A stretch of DNA of 63,312 nucleotides, the filler included, from Chiloscyllium plagiosum (lineage: Eukaryota), in assembly GCF_004010195.1 (NCBI RefSeq). It is 3 parts of one record of this genome, joined end to end, with 100 filler letters (N's around TTAATTAATTAA, not from the genome) between each part and the next. Parts side by side here need not be neighbours in the genome. Positions count along the whole stretch, not along the records: positions 30,130 to 41,072 come from NC_057712.1; positions 41,173 to 63,312 come from NC_057712.1; 1 more part is not named here. One strand, 5' to 3'. Position 1 is the first letter of the stretch. The number at the start of each line of letters is the position of its first letter. Position numbers and translations under genes: made by a program. The notes under the pieces were generated by a model. The model was not told the DNA's origin, did not search any database, and saw only the letters and a list, made by a program, of their open reading frames with translations. Shown here piece after piece: positions 37,009-48,274 of this stretch.

Positions 37009-38722
37009 AGGACTCTGTATGGTCCCTGTGTCTGTCCCCTGGGTTCACCCTCCGCCTCCCCCCCTTCCACCCCCCAGGACACTGTATACACCCCGTGTCT
37101 GTCCCCAGGGTTCACTCTCTTCCCAAGGACACTGTATACTCCCCGTGTCTGTCCCCTGGGTTCACTCACCCCCCCCACCCCAGGGCACTGTATACTCCCC
37201 GTGTCTGTCCCCAGGGCTCACTCTCCCCCCAGGACACTGTATACTCCCCGTGTCTGTCCCCTGGACTCACCCTCCCCTCAGGACACTGTATACTCCCCGT
37301 GTCTGTCCCCTGGTTTACTCTCTCCCCAGGACACTGTATACTCCCCGTGTCTGTCCTCTGGGTTCACTCTCCCCCCCAGGACACTGTATACTCCCCGTGT
37401 CTGTCCCCCGGGTTCACTCTCCCCCCAGGACACTGTATACTCCCCGTGTCTGTCCCCTGGGCTCACTCTCCCCCCAGGACACTGTATACTCCCCGTGTCT
37501 GTCCCCAGGGCTCACTCTCCCCCCAGGACACTGTATACTCCCCGTGTCTGTCCCCAGGGCTCACTCTCCCCCCAGGACACTGTATACTCCCCGTGTCTGT
37601 CCCCAGGGCTCACTCTCCCCCCAGGACACTGTATACTCCCCGTGTCTGTCCCCAGGGCTCACTCTCCCCCCAGGACACTGTATACTCCCCGTGTCTGTCC
37701 CCAGGGCTCACTCTCCCCCCAGGACACTGTATACTCCCCGTGTCTGTCCCCAGGGCTCACTCTCCCCCCAGGACACTGTATACTCCCCGGCAGTGTATCC
37801 CCTTCCCCGGGTGCAGTATATCCCCTTCCCCGGGTGCAGTATACTCCCCGTGTCTGCCCCTGGGTTCACTCTCCCCCCAGGACACTGTATACTCCCCGTG
37901 TCTGTCCCCAGGGTTCACTCTCTCCCCAGGACACTGTATACTCCCTGTGTCTGTCCCCGGGTTCACTCTCCCCCCAGGACACTGTATACTCCCCGTGTCT
38001 GTCCCCAGGGTTCACTCTCCCCCAGGACACTGTATACTCCCCGTGTCTGTCCCCTGGGTTCACTCTCCCCCCAGGACACTATATACTCCCCGTCTGTCCC
38101 CTGGTTCACTCTCTCCCCAAGGACACTGTGTTCTCCCCGTGTCAGTCCCCAGGGTTCACTCTCTCCCCAGGACACTGTATACTCCCCGTGTCTGACCCCA
38201 GGGTTCACTCTCCCCCAGGACACTGTATATTCCCCGTGTCTGTCCCTGGGTTCACTCTCCCCCCAGGACACTATATACTCCCCGTCTGTCCCCTGGTTCA
38301 CTCTCTCCCCAAGGACACTGTATACTCCCCGTGTCAGTCCCCAGGGTTCACTCTCCCCCCCAGGACACTGTATACTCCACGTGTCTGTCCCCTGGTTCAC
38401 TCTCCCCCAGGACACTGTATACTCCCCGTGTCTGACCCCAGGGTTCACTCTCTCCCAGGACACTGTATACACCCCATGTCTGTCCCCAGGGTTCACTCTA
38501 CCCCCGAGGACACTGTATACTCCCCGTAACTGACTCCTGGGTTCACTGTCCACCCCAGGACACTGTATACTCCCCGTGTCTGTCCCCTGGACTCACCCTC
38601 CCCCCAGGACACTGTATACTCCCCGTGTCTGTCCCCGTGTTCACTCTCCCCCCAGGACACTGTATACTCCCCGTGTCTGTCCCCAGGGTTCACTCTCTCC
38701 CTAGGACACTGTATACTCCCCC
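37009..38722. repeat. About 49-bp minisatellite (about 35 units); orphan copy at about 39978-40058
   Basis: Unit ggacactgtatactccccgtgtctgtccccagggctcactctcccccca. Confidence 0.97.
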
Positions 38723-40123
38723 CATTTTAAAGAGGTCAGAAAGTCATTTAAAACTGTGATCTCTGTGTATCAATTCTACAAAAGCTTGTTATTATTCTCA
38801 TCTAGCAACCAAACAGAATCCCTTGGGTGTGAATGAGTTAAGAGTTGACACTGCTGAGTTAATGCCAAACCGGGAAAAGAGAGAAAGGTCAATAGTTTCG
38901 TTTTGACTTCAGAACAGAAGGTTAAAGGTCTCAGTTCAGGGGTGAGAACAGTTTTCTCCTTGCGAGAAATTGATATTTTCAGTTCAATTCAGGATAACCA
39001 GAGACCCGAGCCAGAGGGCTGCAGTTTCTGGAACTTCTCAACCGGGAGAGTTTGGATCAAAGTCAGTTGTTGGAACTGGAAAGATTGAAACGATCCGAAT
39101 TGTGAAAGGTTCATTCCAGCAGATTTGGGAAGGAGTCATGAATCTGTCTCAGCATTCCAAGGATAAGGGAGAGTCGGTAAAATAAAAACTGACAGAGTTG
39201 ACCTTTTAGTGAATATCTGTAACCGTGCTGTGGAACAGATTGAATCTGTTTTCTTATTTGCACAAAGACCTTTCTGACTGCGGATATATACTATATATAA
39301 AATACACAGCTTTGGTTGTTTCTTTTCCTTTCTTGTGTCAACATAGACTCCCTTTGTAAAAGAACATCAGCAGCCTCGTGTGAATATGTTTCAGTGACTA
39401 ACCTGCATGGTAACCCCATCTACAAATATTCCACCTCGAATCCAGGTTTCATTCCAGGATTGGACTGTCCTTGGTGACCGTCAGCTGGAACCAGAACATC
39501 ATTCAAACTGACGGGGATTTTGTTCCTGCAGATGGAATAAGTGTGACACAGACTTGCAGGAAGTGACTGAGGGAACAGAGTGTCAGGAATAAAATCCATT
39601 TTCATTTTATTCACGTTTCTTACATTCTCATTATTCAAGCACTGTATCATTTTTCAAACGAGAATTACATTGTACCAAAATATAGCTGACATAGTTTAAA
39701 AGATTCTGACAGGATTGATCAGGTGCAATGATTTTTTTTATCAAAAGTTATTGCCTCAGTATAATCATTAACATGTCCAATTGGAGGATAGACTTGAAGC
39801 TAAAATCCCATTCCTGGAGAGTGGACAGGTCAGGGGTCACTTTACAATTCTCTCCTGTTAATGTCTCAAGGATTGTGTGGGTCATTCAGCTGGTGAGCCT
39901 GCCCCTTTCCTCAAGTATGGTCAAGTATGTGTCTGAGTGTGAGAGGGTGTGTGCATGGGTGTTTGTTTGGAGGAAATCCCCAGGGTTCACTCTTCCCCCC
40001 CCCCCCCCCCAGGACACTGTATACTCCCCGTGTCTGACCCCTGGGTTCACCCTCTCCCCACCAGTAGTCTCCTGATCCTTCCCCATGTTGACCCTCGTCT
40101 CTCGGCTTTTCCCAAATATCCAC

Positions 40124-40281
40124 CTTGAAGGCTTGCAGCCAGATGTTGGATTTGTGTTTGCGGACGCTGAAGAACTCTGTGGTTAGCTTGGTGAAAGGCT
40201 GGACGTGGAACTCGAAGGTGACATTATCCACGGAGAGGCTGTTTTTGCGAGCGTGCTTCTGTAACAGAGCTGTCAGGAGTC
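40124..40281 (-). CDS. DNAH14: Dynein heavy chain exon (DNAH14-like)
   Basis: actgcag|GA CTC...TTC AAG|gtggat. Phase 1 to 0. Encodes GLLTALLQKHARKNSLSVDNVTFEFHV...SNIWLQAFK. The insert ending in 'AFK' resembles DNAH14 as recalled. Confidence 0.85.
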
Positions 40282-40602
40282 CTGCAGTGGAACATGGGAC
40301 TCTGTTACAAACCAGCGCCTTCTGAACAACAGGATTAACCACATCTTCAGCAGCACTATCCCCTCCCAGGGGAGCTCAAATCCACAAGTCCCGGTGGGAA
40401 ACTTCATCAGGGAGTCAATCAGATTTTACCATCAGTTATCATCTGACTGAGTGTGCAGGGAAAATCCAGGTGGGCAGCTATGGAGAGTGAAAGGCAGAGG
40501 GGGGCCTGTCGGCAGATCCAGTCACTCCCGCCGTTTCATTGGGGAACAGGGCTTCATCACCAAGGGGCCGGAACATGCCCTCACCACCCAACTCCCAGGG
40601 AA

Positions 40603-43152
40603 GCAGTACCGGTGCTCAGTCTGTGAGGGACCAGTACAGGCGCTCAGTCTGTGAGGGATCAGTACAGGGGCTCAGTCTGTGAGGGACCAGTACAGGCGCT
40701 CAGTCTGTGAGGGATCAGTACAGACACTCACTCTGTGAGGGACCAGTACAGGCGCTCAGTCTGTGAGGGATCAGTACAGACACTCACTCTGTGAGGGACC
40801 AGTACAGGTGTTCACTCTGTGAGGCTGAAACTTTATTGCTGGAACAGCACAGCAGGTCAGGCAGCATCTAGGGAACAGAAGATTCGACGTTTCGGGCACA
40901 TGCCCTTCTTCAGGAATGAGCAGAGAGTGTTCAGCAGGAGAAGATAAAAGGTAGGGAGGAGGGACTTGGAGGAGGGGCGTTGGAAATGTGATAGGTGGAA
41001 AGAGGTCAAGGTGAGGGTGATAGGTCGGAGCAGGGTGGAGGCGGAGAGGTCAAGAAAAAGACTGCAGGTCAGNNNNNNNNNNNNNNNNNNNNNNNNNNNN
41101 NNNNNNNNNNNNNNNNTTAATTAATTAANNNNNNNNNNNNNNNNNNNNNNNNNNNNNNNNNNNNNNNNNNNNCTGTGAGGGACCAGTACAGACGCTCAGT
41201 CTGTGAGGGAACAGTACAGGTGATCAGTCTGTGAGGGGCCAGTACAGATGCTCAGTCTGTGAGGGAACAGTACAGATGCTCAGTCTGTGAGGGAACAGTA
41301 CAGATGCTCAGTCTGTGAGGGAACAGTACAGATGCTCAGTCTGTGAGGGAACAGTACAGATGCTCAGTCTGTGAGGGAACAGTACAGATGCTCAGTCTGT
41401 GAGGGAACAGTACAGATGCTCAGTCTGTGAGGGAACAGTACAGATGCTCAGTCTGTGAGGGAACAGTACAGATGCTCAGTCTGTGAGGGAACAGTACAGA
41501 TGCTCAGTCTGTGAGGGAACAGTACAGATGCTCAGTCTGTGAGGGAACAGTACAGATGCTCAGTCTGTGAGGGAACAGTACAGATGCTCAGTCTGTGAGG
41601 GAACAGTACAGATGCTCAGTCTGTGAGGGAACAGTACAGATGCTCAGTCTGTGAGGGAACAGTACAGATGCTCAGTCTGTGAGGGAACAGTACAGATGCT
41701 CAGTCTGTGAGGGAACAGTACAGATGCTCAGTCTGTGAGGGAACAGTACAGATGCTCAGTCTGTGAGGGAACAGTACAGATGCTCAGTCTGTGAGGGAAC
41801 AGTACAGATGCTCAGTCTGTGAGGGAACAGTACATGTGATCAGTCTTTGAGGGACCAGTACAGGTGCTCAGTCTGTGAGGGACCAGTACAGACGCTCAGT
41901 CTGTGAGGGAACAGTACAGATGCTCAGTCTGTGAGGGAACAGTACAGATGCTCAGTCTGTGAGGGAACAGTACAGATGCTCAGTCTGTGAGGGAACAGTA
42001 CAGATGCTCAGTCTGTGAGGGAACAGTACAGATGCTCAGTCTGTGAGGGAACAGTACAGATGCTCAGTCTGTGAGGGAACAGTACAGATGCTCAGTCTGT
42101 GAGGGAACAGTACAGATGCTCAGTCTGTGAGGGAACAGTACAGGTGATCAGTCAGTGAGGGATCAGTACAGGCGCTCAGTCTGTGAGGGAACAGTAAAGG
42201 TGATCAGTCTGTGAGGGGCCAGTACAGGCGCTCAGTCTGTGAGGGACCAGTACAGACGCTCAGTCTGTGAGGGAACAGTACAGGTGATCAGTCTGTGAGG
42301 GGCCAGTACAGGTGCTCAGTCAGTGAGGGATCAGTACAGACGCTCAGTCTGTGAGGGAACAGTACAGGTGATCAGTCTGTGAGGGGCCAGTACAGATGCT
42401 CAGTCTGTGAGGGAACAGTACAGGCGATCAGTCTGTGAGGGGCCAGTACAGGCGCTCAGTCTGTGAGGGACCAGTACAGACGCTCAGTCTGTGAGGGAAC
42501 AGTACAGGTGATCAGACTGTGAGGGACCAGTACAGGTGCTCAGTCTGTGAGGGACCAGTACAGGTGCTCAGTCTGTGAGGGATCAGTACAGGGGCTCAGT
42601 CTGTGAGGGAACAGTACATGTGATCAGTCTTTGAGGGACCAGTACAGGTGCTCAGTCTGTGAGGGACCAGTACAGGTGATCAGACTGTGAGGGACCAGTA
42701 CAGACGCTCAGTCTGTGAGGGATCAGTACAGGTGCTCAGTCTGTGAGGGACCAGTACAGGTGCTCAGTCTGTGAGGGAACAGTACAGGTGATCAGACTGT
42801 GAGGGACCAGTACAGACGCTCAGTCTGTGAGGGAACAGTACAGATGCTCAGTCTGTGAGGGAACAGTACAGGTGATCAGACTGTGAGGGACCAGTACAGG
42901 TGCTCAGTCAGTGAGGGATCAGTACAGGTGCTCAGTCTGTGAGTGATCAGTACAGGGGCTCAGTCAGTGAGGGACCAGTACAGGCGCTCAGTCTGTGAGG
43001 GACCAGTACAGGTGATCAGACTGTGAGGGACCAGTACGGGTGCTCAGTCAGTGAGGGATCAGTACAGGTGCTCAGTCTGTGAGGGATCAGTACAGGGGCT
43101 CAGTCTGTGAGGGACCAGTACAGGGGCTCAGTCTGTGAGGGATCAGTACAGG
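40603..43152. repeat. 28-bp minisatellite, interrupted by a Penelope-terminus fragment (about 40825-41072) and a gap
   Basis: Unit ctgtgagggaacagtacagatgctcagt; homogeneous core, variable edges. Confidence 0.97.
40882..40917 (-). ncRNA. Minimal type I hammerhead ribozyme motif (Penelope-associated)
   Basis: Minus strand AUUC-CUGAAGA-A-GGGC-AUGU-GCCC-GAAAC-GUC-GAAU: intact core, stem I AUUC/GAAU, stem II GGGC/GCCC, palindromic ACGU stem III. Confidence 0.7.
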
Positions 43153-43167
43153 CCCTTGGTAACCTAC

Positions 43168-43325
43168 CTTGTGGGAAGAAGAATGCAGATAGCCAGAAGG
43201 AATACGGTTCTGGGCGGTCGATCTCCTGAAGCTCACTCGCCTTTTTCGAGGGTAATTTCAGAGTTTTCCCAGAGGAGATCCTGTTGAGCATTAAGATGAG
43301 GATGCGGTTAAATGCAGGATGTGCC
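43168..43325 (-). CDS. DNAH14: Dynein heavy chain exon (DNAH14-like)
   Basis: Ends FWLSAFFFPQ G|gtaggt (conserved dynein motif). Acceptor tacag|G chosen because it gives the required phase 2; the pyrimidine tract is weak, so the start is less certain. Confidence 0.75.
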
Positions 43326-43414
43326 CTGTATCCTTAGGTTACGAAGTAGCCACCAGAGCAAATGAGATTTACATTTGAGAGTGGAGAAAGTTGGATCAGA
43401 TTTGGGAGAGAAAC

Positions 43415-43836
43415 CAGGAGATCAGGGAGATGGGGATCGGACAGTGGGGTAATCACTGGGGATCTGGGGGATGGGGATCTGGTAGTGGAGTGATCACTGG
43501 GGATCTGGGGGATGGGGATCTGGTAGTGGAGTGATCACTGGGGATCTGGGGGATGGAGATCTGGTAGTGGAGTGATCACTGGGGATCTAGGGGATGGGGA
43601 TCTGGTAGTGAAGTGATCACTGGGGATCCGGGAGATGGGGATCTGGTAGTGGAGTGATCACTGGGGATCTGGGGGATGGGGATCTGGTAGTGAAGTGATC
43701 ACTGGGGATCTGGGGGATGGGGACCTAGTCGTGGAGTGATCACTGGGGATCCGGGGGATGGGGATCTGGTCGTGGAGTGATCACTGGGGATCCGGGGGAT
43801 GGGGATCTGGTCGTGGAGTGATCACTGGGGATCTGG
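43415..43836. repeat. 41-bp minisatellite (about 10 units)
   Basis: Unit atcactggggatctgggggatggggatctggtagtggagtg. Confidence 0.95.
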
Positions 43837-43846
43837 CTGCGTGTAC

Positions 43847-43959
43847 CTTTTCTGAGCAGTTGCAGTAAATTGCCTTGACCAGGTCCTGAAGAAATTCACC
43901 CGCTCAGCCAGGTCATCAATCCAGGAGGCCAGGGGTTTGCAGGATTCATAGGAATGTTG
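43847..43959 (-). CDS. DNAH14: Dynein heavy chain exon (DNAH14-like)
   Basis: ttcccatgcag|CAA CAT...AAA AG|gtacac. Encodes QHSYESCKPLASWIDDLAERVNFFRTW, the dynein SxKPLxSWxxDL motif. Phase 0 to 2. Confidence 0.88.
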
Positions 43960-45504
43960 CTGCATGGGAAGAGAACGGAATTCACACCCAAACGGGAAGC
44001 ATTACTCAAAACAAATACCCCCCTTCATATCCTATCAATGTTTGTGTTGTCGTCTCCCTTCAGTGGGGAAGCTGTCCATTGCCACCATCCGGGCCAAACC
44101 CTTCCGTTAACTCAACCAAACTCCCAGAAAAGCTTCCCCCAGCTCGGAATCTGTCAAACCATGAGTGTCACAGTACTCCCCAAATTCCACTATTTAAAGA
44201 GAAAATAACAATTTTAATTTTTAACTCCAAAACAGAACATTAAACAACAACTATTTCCGACTCCATGCCTCCCTCTTTGCAAGGCCTTGTTATCTCCCTC
44301 CCACTCCCTAACAATCTGCCAATCCAGTAAAGCCCCTGCTACATTTACAGCGAATCAATTTCCGAAACCATCTCGGGTGTCGATCCTCCTCTGTTTGGAG
44401 AGTCCCCTGGGATCGTCTATGGTCACCTACTACAAAGATGTTCCATATGATAAAGGTACCTTTGGTAGAGAGTGTTTTCAATAGCAGTTTCTCTCTCTCT
44501 CTCTTTCCCGAGATGGACCTCTCTCGCTGGCTAACTCTCAAAACGCCGGGTTTTTTCATACCCCAATCATCGGATCGTTTCATTGGTTCAATGTTGTTAC
44601 AACAGTAAAATTCAAATTCGATTGGGTTTTTCTATCCTGGGGCATAATTTAAACTGATTGGTGAAATTTAAAGTGTTGTGGAAACAGCTGAATGTTCCAT
44701 ATTTTCAGCTTTGCAGTGTACTCTGAGACTGTTAGTCAGTCACACGACAGGTGCCTGCAACATCTCAGCATAAAACAGTTTTCAGGGTACAGCACACACC
44801 TTCAATTTCATAACTCATTGGGTGCACACCAACTCATTGGGTACACACCTATCCCTGTAACACTCATTTCCCATGGCTAACCCACACATCTGGGCAGGAA
44901 ACTGGAGCATCCAGAGGAAATCCATGCAGACACAGGGAGAACATGCAAACTCTACACAGACAGTCACCCACGGCTGGAATCGAACCTGGGTTTTTCATAC
45001 AGTAAGATAGCAGTGCTAACAACAGAACCAGCAGGTACATACCTGTGTGGCACACACTCCTACACAGTTGACATGTCCTGAGGTACACGTTATGATTCCA
45101 AGCCTGTTGAAATCTGGGCTAGACTTTCTGTAATGTCCATTAGAGTCCAGCAGATTCTCATCGCTGGGCAAAGAATGGGCAGCATTGTACCACCATTCCA
45201 TCTCATTCAGGGAGCCATATAGTCTTCAGCCAAGGCCAGCAAGGGAAGGCCTCATCCTCCAGGAACCAAGCTTCGGAGGCAACAGGCTCCCTGAACAGAT
45301 TGGAATATGAGAGCACTCGAGAAAAACTGCATCATGGCAGCTGTAGGTGGTGAAGATGGAGTGTGGCTAGTGATCGCAGTGATGGAAGTACCCTTTACTC
45401 CATGGTACAGTGGGACTCTGACTGGCATGTGTGGACAGGCACCAGGAGGACACCACTGAGGGTCCTGACTTCACCACAGATCCCATCACCAGGGAAACAC
45501 AGGG

Positions 45505-46238
45505 ATAGAACATAGAACCTAGAACATAGAACAGTACAGCACAGAACAGGCCCTTCAGCCCACGATGTTGTGCCAACCATTGATCCTCATGTATGCACCC
45601 TCAAATTTCTGTGACCATATGCATGTCCAGCAGTCTCTTAAATGTCCCCAATGACCTTGCTTCCACAACTGCTGTTGGCAACGCATTCCATGGTCTCACA
45701 ACTCTGTGTAAAGAACCCGCCTCTGACATACCCTCTATACTTTCCTCCAACCAGCTTAAAANNNNNNNNNNNNNNNNNNNNNNNNNNNNNNNNNNNNNNN
45801 NNNNNNNNNNNNNNNNNNNNNNNNNNNNNNNNNNNNNNNNNNNNNNNNNNNNNNNNNNNNNNNNNNNNNNNNNNNNNNNNNNNNNNNNNNNNNNNNNNNN
45901 NNNNNNNNNNNNNNNNNNNNNNNNNNNNNNNNNNNNNATTTTAAGGGATCTATGTACCTGTACACCAAGATCCCTCTGTTCCTCCACACTGCCAAGAATC
46001 TTATCCTTAATCCTGTACTCAGCTTTCAAATTCGACCTTCCAAACTGCATCACCTCGCATTTATCCAGGTTGAACTCCATGTGCCACCTCTCAGCCCATC
46101 TCTGCATCCTGTCAATGTCCCGCTGCAGCCTACAACAGTCCTCTATACTGTCAACGACACCTCCAACCTTTGTGTCGTCTGCAAACTTGCTGACCCATCC
46201 TTCAATCCCCTCATCCAAGTCATTAATAAAAATTACTA
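45505..46238 (-). mobile_element. CR1 LINE 3' fragment (partly gap)
   Basis: SKFADDTKVGG...MEFNLDKCEVMQFG...WNALP; tail of ttctatg-type repeats on the minus strand. Confidence 0.9.
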
Positions 46239-46667
46239 ACCCTTATAAAAATTACAAAGGGACGTGGCGGTGTGATCTGGCACAGACCGCAGTGGTAACA
46301 GCCCTAACACTTTTGTGAGTTGACCATTTCGAGATCCTCTGCAGGTCCCCATTGGCGTCGTGGTAGGAGCTGGTCACATTCCAGTTCAATCCAGCTGGCA
46401 CCTTGATGGGCACCTGCCCATTCGGGCCAGTGACAATGTCCCTGAACATCCTCAGTCTTGGACCCCTCAGTGATGCAGAGGAAATGATTGATTTTGGTCC
46501 TCCTGTCCACCAGGGGGGGACACCTCCAGCTGCTGCTAGGCGCGTGTGTGGGTGGGTGGGGGGGGTTGTCGCTGGTCCACATCTTGCTGGTCTTTCCTAT
46601 CTCTACACCTTCACTGCTTTGTAACATCCCAATGAGAACCCCTGCAGTGGACTGGATCCATCAATCA

Positions 46668-46885
46668 TGGATGGAAATGTGTTGCTGGAAAAGCGCAGCA
46701 GGTCAGGCAGCATCTAGGGAACAGGAGAATCGACGTTTCGGGCATTAGCCCTTCTTCAGGAAGAAGGGCTAATGCCCGAAACGTCGATTCTCCTGTTCCC
46801 TAGATGCTGCCTGACCTGCTGCGCTTTTCCAGCAACACGTTTCCATCTCTGATCTCCAGCATCTGCAGACCTCACTTTCTCCTCA
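46668..46885. mobile_element. Palindromic Penelope-derived mini-element with 15-bp target-site duplication
   Basis: 88-bp inverted arms (46670-46757 and 46760-46847, one mismatch). Flanks tggatccatcaatca (46653-46667) and tggatccatcagtca (46886-46900). Confidence 0.8.
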
Positions 46886-47996
46886 TGGATCCATCAGTCA
46901 GACTGGGTCAGGACAGCTCCTCAGTGATGGGAACAGTCAATATTCCCATGCCTCCCAAAGGATGGCCTGGCATGCTCCTCGATACACTGGGACATGGAGC
47001 ATGGAGCACTCCAACAAGGGAGAAGCTGCCAGTTTAACTTGGACAGTGGAGACCATGCCAATAATGTCGCAGGGTGAGCGTATGACAGTGCGAGTCCTGT
47101 CCGAACACTGAGCCCTTCTCTTCCCAGCCCCATTAAAGACATCGCTGTGTAAAAGCAGCCCAAGGTATGAGGGAATGACTCGGTGTGCCTGTGCAGCCAG
47201 TCGGTTCTCCCAGGGTTTTTGTGACCGGTGGGGGGGGGGGGGGGAGGGTGGGGGGGGGGGGCGGTGCTACTTTGATCATCGCCTGGACTTTGTGCTGCTT
47301 CACTGAGGCTTGTTTGATTTATTCACAGGATGAAGGTGCCACTGGCTGGGCCAGCGTTTATTGCCCATCACTAATTGCCCAGGAGGGCAGCGACGGGTCA
47401 GCCCCATCGCTGTGGGTCTGGAGACGAGGAAAGGTTAGCAGATTCCCACCCTAAAGGACATTAGTGAATCTGATGGGTTTTTCCTTCGACTCTTAATTCC
47501 AGATTTTAAAATTAAATTGAATTCAAATTCCACCATCAGCCAGGGCAGGAATTGAGCCAAGGTCCGCGGGTTGGAACAGTCCAGTGATAATACCACAGGC
47601 CACCAGCTCCTGGGTGAGTAAGGCATCCCCTGGACTCGGATACCCCTGACTGTACAGAGTACCCCAGACGAACAGCCCTAGCCTTGGTTGAAAGTTACTC
47701 CCAGTGACTGTGCGCTCTGACGCTGGGGCCTGGTGTTGAAGGTGGAGAGCACAAGGAGCCACCAGTGAGTCTGGGAGAATGGGAAACCGCCTGTCGATGA
47801 AGTGAGATGGTGTGTGATTGTGATTCATGTTGTTGTATGTGAATCCATGCAAGGAGACCACCCATCGCTCACTCACTGGAATCCTGGCTCACCCTTTCAC
47901 CTTCAGTGGGAACATCAGAGCGTTGAGGTTTAACGTCAAGGAGCTAGTCCCTGGCTAACTTTCTCACCATCACCCTTGCTATTCAGTCCTTGGAAG

Positions 47997-48274
47997 ATTA
48001 GATTACATTACATTACAGTGTGGAAACAGGCCCTTCGGCCCAACAAGTCCACACCGACCCACTGAAGCGTAACCCACCCATACCCCTACATTTACCCCTT
48101 TACCTAACACTACGGGCAATTTAGCATGGCCAATTCACCTGACCTGCATATCTTTGGACTGTGGGAGGAAACCGGAGCACCCGGAGAAAACCCACGCAGA
48201 CACGGGGAGAATGTGCAAACTCCACACAGTCAGTCGCCTGAGGCGGGAATTGAACCCGGGTCTCTGGCGCTGTG
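47997..48274 (-). mobile_element. HE1-like SINE (5'-truncated)
   Basis: Near-identical to the 6542-6862 copy. Confidence 0.9.

Noticed and set aside
35005..38693. Long repetitive ORFs over the 45-bp and 49-bp arrays
   Set aside because: Translation artefacts of minisatellites. Only 34810-35004 has splice sites and dynein similarity.
28483..43836. Regular 25-49-bp repeats as CRISPR arrays
   Set aside because: Head-to-tail units with no unique spacers, no cas genes, vertebrate context.
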